From positions 448,001-512,000 of the forward strand of contig CP010425.1 of NCBI GenBank assembly GCA_000830295.1: a DNA stretch of 64,000 bases. Direction: 5' to 3'. The translations under genes were made by a program, and so were the position numbers. Under the pieces are notes generated by a model. It made no database searches. It had not been told where the DNA came from and saw only the letters and a program-made list of their open reading frames with translations. Position 1 is the stretch's first letter. Every line of letters starts with the position of its first letter. The DNA comes from an archaeon GW2011_AR15 (lineage in GTDB: Archaea > Nanobdellota > Nanobdellia > Woesearchaeales > GW2011-AR15). Shown here in pieces: positions 57,627-64,000 of this stretch.

Positions 57627-58628
57627 TTATTGATTCAGCTCACCTTTTATTATTCTTGTAGATGACAGTCCAGGCAGAAGCTTTACAATGTGGATGCTCC
57701 CGCCATGTTTCTTTATGGTAGACGCTTCCACGCAATCCTTGCCGTATTCTGACCCATTTACATGGACATCGGGTCTTATTTTTTCCAAGAGCCTGACAGG
57801 CGTGGTTTCGTTGAACACAGTTACATAATCTACTTCCATGTAGTTAGCCATCATTTTTTGCCGGGACAATTCATTGTTTAATGGCCTGTCATTGCCCTTG
57901 TTCTGCCTGACAGAGGAATCAGAATTGACAGCTATTATAAGCACATCTCCCTGTTTTTTTGCCTCTGAGACTATATAATCATGACCCTCATGGAGAATAT
58001 CAAAGGTGCCATTCAGTGTAACAATTCTTTTTCCTGTGCTTTTTAATTTGATTGAAATCTCTACTAATTTTTTGCTGTCTACGATTTTGTCATAATCAGA
58101 GAATTTAAGGAAGTCAGCGGCTCTTGACAGATTCCCGGCGATGTAGCTTGGATTTTTTTCTCTGGCTACTGCTAATTGCGATGGACCGAGGCCAGTCAGC
58201 AAAAAAACAGATTTCATTCCAGAATTAATGCCCAGCACAATATCTGAGGCTTTGTCGCCTATGACCCATGAAGAAACCAAATCCAGTTGATATTTGTCTC
58301 TGGCATCACGGATCATTTTTGGCTTTGGCTTCCTGCATGCGCAATTGTCTTCTGGAGCATGGGGGCAGAAATATACCCTTTCTATATTGATATTGTGTGC
58401 AGACAGCACATGCAATAATTTATTGTTATAGGATTCCATATCTTCTTTTGAAAAAATCCCCCTGGCTATGCCGCTTTGGTTTGTGACAATGAAAAGTTTA
58501 TATGTTTTTAACTTTTCTAATCCTTCTATGACACCTGGAAGAAGGGCAAAATCCTCAACTCGGTGAGAAAAACCAATGTCTCTGGTTAATGTTCCATCCC
58601 TGTCAAGAAACACAGCGCTATTGCTCAT
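57627..58628 (-). CDS. gmhB: Fusion of heptose-1,7-bisphosphate phosphatase (GmhB) and heptose-1-phosphate adenylyltransferase (RfaE domain II/HldC)
   Basis: FLDRDGTL, TNQSGI, CPH...CACRKP, IGDKASD; then NGTFDILHEGH, NSDSSVRQNKG, GLSST. Confidence 0.92.
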   Translation of the reverse strand: MSNSAVFLDRDGTLTRDIGFSHRVEDFALLPGVIEGLEKLKTYKLFIVTNQSGIARGIFSKEDMESYNNKLLHVLSAHNINIERVYFCPHAPEDNCACRKPKPKMIRDARDKYQLDLVSSWVIGDKASDIVLGINSGMKSVFLLTGLGPSQLAVAREKNPSYIAGNLSRAADFLKFSDYDKIVDSKKLVEISIKLKSTGKRIVTLNGTFDILHEGHDYIVSEAKKQGDVLIIAVNSDSSVRQNKGNDRPLNNELSRQKMMANYMEVDYVTVFNETTPVRLLEKIRPDVHVNGSEYGKDCVEASTIKKHGGSIHIVKLLPGLSSTRIIKGELNQ

Positions 58629-59583
58629 TTTTCAGGCTTTGACGAAGCTCATCAAGCATCACAGGAGCAGTGCCTATTTTAGTGACTTTCACGCCAGCAC
58701 AATGGTTGGAAATTATTGCAGCATCATAAAGCGCTGCTCCAGAAGCGATAGATAATGCAAGTGCAGCAACAGCGGTGTCGCCAGCACCAGACACATCAAA
58801 AACTTCTTTTGCCAGGGTTGGTATCTGAATTATGCTTTTTCCCTTTTCAAAAATTGCCATTCCTTTTGCTCCTAGTGTGATTATTACATTGCTTTGGAAT
58901 AGCTCTATCAACTTATTTCCTGCCCTTTGCAGATCCTCAGGATTATCAAGATGGATGCCTGTCATCTCCTCTGCTTCCTTCCTGTTGGTCTTGATAAGGT
59001 AGGCGCCTTTGAAATAATTCTTGTGTCTGGGCTTCGGATCCGCAATTAAAGGAATATTTTTCTTGTTACAATAACTGACTAATTCTGATGCAAGTTGCTG
59101 GGTCAATACCCCTTTAGCATAATCCGAGACTATCACTGCATCTGGATTATTAATCCCGACGGCATTTAATACCAACTTCTTGCTTATCCCATGCTCAATC
59201 GGCTCTCTTGATTCATAATCTATCCTTACTATCTGCTGTTTCTGGCCAATTACCCTGATTTTCTGGGTCGTGGGCCTGTTAGATGAAAAAACTACGCCCC
59301 CGACATCAATGTGATTTTCGTCAGCACATTTCATAAATATATCTTTAGCAGCATCCTGCCCTAAAACACCCAATAAAAATGCCTTGCCGGAGAGCGTCAC
59401 GATATTGTTTGCAGTATTGGCAGCGCCCCCTAGCACATATTTCTCGTCACTGACATCGATAATGGGAACTGGAGCCTCCTGGGAAATCCTGTCTGCTCCT
59501 CCAAAAATATATTTATCAAGCATCAGGTCGCCTACTACCAGAATCCTTTTTTTAGAGAATTCCTTTAGATATTTTTCATACAT
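58618..59583 (-). CDS. Heptose-7-phosphate kinase (RfaE domain I/HldA)
   Basis: VGDLMLDKY, RISQEAPVP, GGAANTA, SDYAKG, VFDVSGAGDT. Confidence 0.93.
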   Translation of the reverse strand: MYEKYLKEFSKKRILVVGDLMLDKYIFGGADRISQEAPVPIIDVSDEKYVLGGAANTANNIVTLSGKAFLLGVLGQDAAKDIFMKCADENHIDVGGVVFSSNRPTTQKIRVIGQKQQIVRIDYESREPIEHGISKKLVLNAVGINNPDAVIVSDYAKGVLTQQLASELVSYCNKKNIPLIADPKPRHKNYFKGAYLIKTNRKEAEEMTGIHLDNPEDLQRAGNKLIELFQSNVIITLGAKGMAIFEKGKSIIQIPTLAKEVFDVSGAGDTAVAALALSIASGAALYDAAIISNHCAGVKVTKIGTAPVMLDELRQSLKNEQ

Positions 59584-60469
59584 GTATCATCACTGAATAT
59601 TCTTTTATAGCATCGGCAAGCTTATGCACAGCCTTGAATCCCAGGTATTTCTCAGCTCTATGTGTATCAGCCTGTGTGTGCATCTGATATGTTTTAAGGT
59701 CATATGGAACATCTATGTATTCCGGCTCAATATCTGTTCCCAGTGCCTCTTGTATCATGCTGTATAGTTCCTTGAATGATGTTGCTATGCCTGTGCCCAC
59801 ATTATAGATCCCGGCCCGGGAATCCAGTGCCAAAAGATTTGCCCTTACAACATCTTTGACATAAATATGGTCCCTCTTCTGTTCGCCCCACTTGAAAAGC
59901 TTTGGCTTTTTGCCTTCTTTAATCTGCCTAATCAGGTGGTAAATCATGGAGGCCGGCCTTCCTTTGTGGAGCTCATTTGGGCCGAAAACATTAAAATACC
60001 TCAAACCAACAATGTGCATATCATCAAAATGGTATGTAGCCATCTCGTCCATAATCAGTTTTGACTGGGCGTAAGCGCTTTGTATATCCTTTTCCTGATC
60101 TTCTTTTTGCGGAGTCGGGCTGTTCCCGTATATGCTGGCACTTGAGGCGTAGATAAGTTTTGCATTGCTACCTTTTGCCAATTTAAGCATATTCTTGAAT
60201 CCGTTGATATTTTTCCTAATGGTTTCTTCATCATTTCCATATCTTGGGTCAGTAATTGCTGCCTGGTGGAATATTGCATCAAATTTTTCTTTTATTGACA
60301 ACTGGCCTGACAGGTCTTCATTAATGAATTTTCCTTTCAACCCTTTCAGATTATCTTCATGGCCGGAAAGCAAATTATCAATTACAACTACCGAATGCCC
60401 CAGCTTCTCAATCTCGAGTGCAATATTTGATCCTATGAAACCTGCCCCGCCTGTGACAAGACATTTCAT
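59576..60469 (-). CDS. rfaD: ADP-L-glycero-D-manno-heptose 6-epimerase
   Basis: TGGAGFIGSN, HQAAITD, YASSASIYG, LRYFNVFGPNELHKGRPASM, GEQKRDHIYVKD, YQMHTQAD. Confidence 0.85.
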   Translation of the reverse strand: MKCLVTGGAGFIGSNIALEIEKLGHSVVVIDNLLSGHEDNLKGLKGKFINEDLSGQLSIKEKFDAIFHQAAITDPRYGNDEETIRKNINGFKNMLKLAKGSNAKLIYASSASIYGNSPTPQKEDQEKDIQSAYAQSKLIMDEMATYHFDDMHIVGLRYFNVFGPNELHKGRPASMIYHLIRQIKEGKKPKLFKWGEQKRDHIYVKDVVRANLLALDSRAGIYNVGTGIATSFKELYSMIQEALGTDIEPEYIDVPYDLKTYQMHTQADTHRAEKYLGFKAVHKLADAIKEYSVMIHV

Positions 60470-61029
60470 TTTAAAGCTTCCCTCTCAACAAGTTCACAGA
60501 TAATGTGGTAGGCTGTCATATGGCATTCCTGAATTCTTGCAGTCTCTTTTGCCGGGCAATTTATATTATAATCACTCATTGCCTTAAGTTTCCCGCCGTC
60601 CCTTCCAGTCAGAGAGATATTTACAGTCCCTATTTCCTTTCCCCTGGCAAAGGCATTGAGTACATTTTGAGAATTTCCAGAGGTGGATATGCCAAGCAAT
60701 ATATCTGAAGGAGATGCAAGCGCCTCAACCTGGCGCGAGAAAACCCGATTATAATCATAGTCGTTTGATACAGCAGTCAATATTGAACTGTCTGTGGTCA
60801 AAGCAATTGCAGGCAGGCCCTTTCTTTCAAGCTTGTATCTTCCGACAAGCTCCGCAGCAATATGCTGTGAATCAGCAGCCGAGCCCCCGTTTCCGAATAT
60901 CAGAATTTTATTGCCTCTCATTAATGCCTCACTGATTACATTGCTTATCTTCTCAAGCATGTCTGCCTGGCTGAAAAGCTCATTCTTGGCAGCGATAGAT
61001 TCCTGAATAATATCTTTAATTGATTGCAT
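60466..61029 (-). CDS. gmhA: Phosphoheptose isomerase
   Basis: GNGGSAADSQHIAAELVGRY, NDYDY, STSGNS, TARIQECH; start MQSIK at 61029. Confidence 0.96.
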   Translation of the reverse strand: MQSIKDIIQESIAAKNELFSQADMLEKISNVISEALMRGNKILIFGNGGSAADSQHIAAELVGRYKLERKGLPAIALTTDSSILTAVSNDYDYNRVFSRQVEALASPSDILLGISTSGNSQNVLNAFARGKEIGTVNISLTGRDGGKLKAMSDYNINCPAKETARIQECHMTAYHIICELVEREALK

Positions 61030-61141
61030 GGGCAGAAAGAGGCGGGTTTTATTTATATAACTTTTTGTATTTTTCGAACCGACCCCGTCGTTTAAATAAC
61101 CCACCCCAAAATATTTAAAACCATTAAATATTATAAGCGGA

Positions 61142-62923
61142 ATGAAACAAAAGATTTTATTCGGTGCAGCATATTCAATTATTGAGCCGCTCGGTCTTTT
61201 GCATCTGGGTGGATTGGCTAGGGATTTAGGGTTTGAAACGGATTATTGCTTGGTCAAAAACCAGGAGTATTCAGAGTTCCATGATAAAGTAAAAGCTGAA
61301 AAGCCAGATTTCGTAGGATTTAATGTATATACGGGCAATCACCTCAGCCTTTACAAATATCTTGGACTCCTAAAAAAAGAATTCCCTAAAATCAAGACCA
61401 TACTTGGCGGGCCCCATTCCAGCTATTTCCCTTATGAAGCTGTCAAGCATGCAGATTATGTGGTGATGAGCGAAGGCTTCACAGGACTTAAGCAGATACT
61501 CCTGGGAGAGGCTGCCAAGGGAGTGATTCCGCCGGCAAGGGAGAGTTTTACATTTCCAATTCCCGACAGAAAAAAATTCTATTCCTTGTATCCAAAGCAT
61601 GGCAGTAGCCCAATAAAAAGCATAATTACGATGACGGGCTGCCCTTTCAGGTGCACCTATTGCTACAATAGCTCAAATATCGAAGATGTAACTTCCGGCC
61701 TTTCTAAAGAAGTACTGCTCAAATTTGACAAGTCCAGGCTGCCAGGAAGGCTGTTCGCCTGGAATATAAGGACTGTGGATGCTGTGATTCAGGAGGCTAT
61801 AGAACTTGTTAAGAATTATCCGACAAAAATGATATATTTCCAGGATGATGTTTTTGGTATGAAACTCAAATGGCTTGAGGAATTTGCAAAGAGATGGCCA
61901 AAAGAAGTAGGCATCAAATGGCATGCGCAGATGAGGTGGGAAATGACTGTAGGAGAGAGCGGGTGCCAGAGGCTGGATTTGTGCAAATCTGCAGGATGCA
62001 GCGGACTCACCCTGGCAATAGAAGCTGCTGATCCTGTGATGAGGGCAGAAGTGCTGGACAGAACAATGCCGCAGGAAATGATCTTTGAAGGAATGAAAAA
62101 CTGCACAGACAGGGGACTTATGATAAGGACTGAGCAGATAACCGGCCTGCCGTATGGTGCAACAAGCGCACCCACAAAAATAAACCTTGGCGCAGACCTG
62201 CAGATTCTTGAATTGAATGTCAGGTTGAGGGAAAATACAGGCGGACCCCATATTGCATGGGCATCCACTTTTGTGCCTTATGCAAGGACAAGGCTCGGCA
62301 TATATTCAACAAACTACGGATTTTACGGCAATCCCGGAGACGAAAACTGGGACATCAAGGATACTTTTTTCGAGAAAAGTGTGTTAAAATTTCTGAAAAA
62401 CTATGTTGGCCCGGAGCTCAAAGAAAAGAAAAATTTGCAGGATTTGTGGCTTTCGGGGCAAGAGCTCGAACAATACAGAAACCAAAATGCGCAACTTAGG
62501 CATCATTTCAATGTATTTGCATACCTTGACAAAGGCCACGAGTTTGCTGAAAAATACATTAAGCGTGGTGAATACACCTTTGAAGCTCTTGGAGAGATGG
62601 TGAGGGACTGGCAAAAGCACAAAATCAGCAAGGAAGATGAGAAGAAGTTTATATCTAAAATCTCTCAATATATAAAAACCGAATCACAGAAAAAATCAGT
62701 TGTTTCGCTGGCCCCATATTTGATGTCTGTGCCTTATCCAGAAGAACTGGCAAGACGCTTCCTAAATTATGCTGAAAAAAAGGGACATGAGATGAGTGTA
62801 TTGAGCGATGCTGTGAGGCATCATCTATATGATTATGTTGTGTATCAGGTTGAAGCACCATCAGATACGTCATCATCCTATTCAATCAAATTGCCTGGCT
62901 CTGCAATTTCTTATGAATGCTGA
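61142..62923 (+). CDS. Cobalamin-binding radical SAM protein
   Basis: EPLGLLHL...GGPHSSY B12-binding-like domain; GCPFRCTYCYN CxxxCxxC; YFQDDVF. Confidence 0.88.
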   Translation: MKQKILFGAAYSIIEPLGLLHLGGLARDLGFETDYCLVKNQEYSEFHDKVKAEKPDFVGFNVYTGNHLSLYKYLGLLKKEFPKIKTILGGPHSSYFPYEAVKHADYVVMSEGFTGLKQILLGEAAKGVIPPARESFTFPIPDRKKFYSLYPKHGSSPIKSIITMTGCPFRCTYCYNSSNIEDVTSGLSKEVLLKFDKSRLPGRLFAWNIRTVDAVIQEAIELVKNYPTKMIYFQDDVFGMKLKWLEEFAKRWPKEVGIKWHAQMRWEMTVGESGCQRLDLCKSAGCSGLTLAIEAADPVMRAEVLDRTMPQEMIFEGMKNCTDRGLMIRTEQITGLPYGATSAPTKINLGADLQILELNVRLRENTGGPHIAWASTFVPYARTRLGIYSTNYGFYGNPGDENWDIKDTFFEKSVLKFLKNYVGPELKEKKNLQDLWLSGQELEQYRNQNAQLRHHFNVFAYLDKGHEFAEKYIKRGEYTFEALGEMVRDWQKHKISKEDEKKFISKISQYIKTESQKKSVVSLAPYLMSVPYPEELARRFLNYAEKKGHEMSVLSDAVRHHLYDYVVYQVEAPSDTSSSYSIKLPGSAISYEC

Positions 62924-63002
62924 CTTTGCTTTGTCTGTTTCAGATTACTAATGCAGACCATAAAATACGCAAATTTATAATAATCTGCAGAAATCATTCC
63001 TT

Positions 63003-64000
63003 ATGATGAAGAAAATCCTGATATTAAATCTGGTGCCGAACACAATAGGTGATTCTATCTTGATGACCCCTATGTTCACTACAATAAAGAAAAACTATCC
63101 AGATTCTTTCCTTGCCGCTACAGCAGACAGGCTCACCAGGGATTTGTGGCTTAATAATAAGGAGATTGATAAGACAATACTTGTAAAAGAACTGGAGACT
63201 ATTGGCAATCACAATGCAGGCAAATTAAAAAAAGCCTATGCATACTTTAGAATGTTTTTCCGATTGATACGACAAATAAGGGCAGAGAGATTTGATGCCT
63301 GCTTCATAGCTTACCCCAATTTTTTTCTAATGCCCCTAATCCCCTATCTGGCGGGAATCAAAACAAAGGTAGGATATACCTACAAGGGATCTTATCTGGC
63401 TTTCCTTCTGACAAAAAAAACACCAAGCATGTTGCTTTTCGATGATTGCTACGATAGGCATATTGTTTACTCCTTTATGGACCTACTTAAGGCTGCAGGG
63501 CTATCTTATTCAGAATCTGATATAGTGCCCCGGATTTTGGTCTCGGAAAAGGAATTGTCTGCAGCCAGAAAAAAACTGAAGAAATTTAAAAGACTCATAT
63601 CCGTGCACGCCTTATCAAAGATTGTCTCAAAAAACTGGCCAAAAGAAAAATTCAGGGAACTACTGCCGATTCTCGCAAAAAAATATAATGCGACAATCCT
63701 GCTGTTCGGCTCAAAAGGAGAATTTGGATACAACGAGGAGATAAAAGGCAGTTCAGAGCAGATTGTCAATTTATGCGGACAATGCAGCATCAGGGAAACT
63801 GCTGCCCTGATAAAGCTTAGTGATTTATTTATCGGAAATGATTCCGGGCTTGGTCATATTGCCTCAAGTGTCGGGACAAATACAATCTCGTTGTTCGGCT
63901 CCACGGATCCAGTGCAGGCAAAGCCCATTGGTCCCGGAAAAGTGATTGTAATATTCAAAAATAACAGGAAAAACTTATTCCATTATTACAAGACTGGAAG
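63003..64000 (+). CDS. GT9 heptosyltransferase (WaaF/WaaC-like), truncated by the window edge
   Basis: Not in the ORF track; read manually: MMKKILILNLVPNTIGDSILMTP...KNWPKEKF...NLCGQCSIRETAALI...FIGNDSGLGHIASSVG...LFGSTDP. Confidence 0.9.
   Translation, partial: MMKKILILNLVPNTIGDSILMTPMFTTIKKNYPDSFLAATADRLTRDLWLNNKEIDKTILVKELETIGNHNAGKLKKAYAYFRMFFRLIRQIRAERFDACFIAYPNFFLMPLIPYLAGIKTKVGYTYKGSYLAFLLTKKTPSMLLFDDCYDRHIVYSFMDLLKAAGLSYSESDIVPRILVSEKELSAARKKLKKFKRLISVHALSKIVSKNWPKEKFRELLPILAKKYNATILLFGSKGEFGYNEEIKGSSEQIVNLCGQCSIRETAALIKLSDLFIGNDSGLGHIASSVGTNTISLFGSTDPVQAKPIGPGKVIVIFKNNRKNLFHYYKTG

Noticed and set aside
34620-64000. Glycan island as an integrative mobile element
   Set aside because: No integrase, transposase, tRNA or direct-repeat att site was seen; the right end lies outside the window.

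Overview
Archaeal chromosomal segment, most consistent with a DPANN archaeon of the Woesearchaeota/Nanoarchaeota type. This lineage call is inferred from the single-chain PriS-PriL primase, PolD, Cdc6, aIF-2beta, PAN, Hjc, FEN1 and TATA boxes about 30 nt upstream of start codons. 1-34.6 kb is core genome: nnrD, primase, three paralogous coiled-coil genes, nrdR, a regulator-sufCBDS operon next to an E1/ubiquitin-like/TtuA tRNA-thiolation set, cdc6-DP1-DP2 beside a likely replication origin (inverted ORBs around an AT-rich tract), RNA processing and repair genes, an unannotated C/D box sRNA predicted to guide 23S U2552 methylation, tyrS and a solitary 5S rRNA. 34.7-64 kb is a mostly AT-richer surface-glycan island. 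It encodes an RHH-pseudo-nucleotidyltransferase regulator, a GDP-perosamine/N-formyltransferase pathway with its own FolD and 5-formyl-THF cyclo-ligase, amino/uronic-sugar genes, a flippase, a complete ADP-heptose pathway with a GT9 heptosyltransferase, and a B12-binding radical SAM enzyme. No CRISPR array, tRNA or transposase was seen. All calls come from motif recognition by eye; no database search was run.
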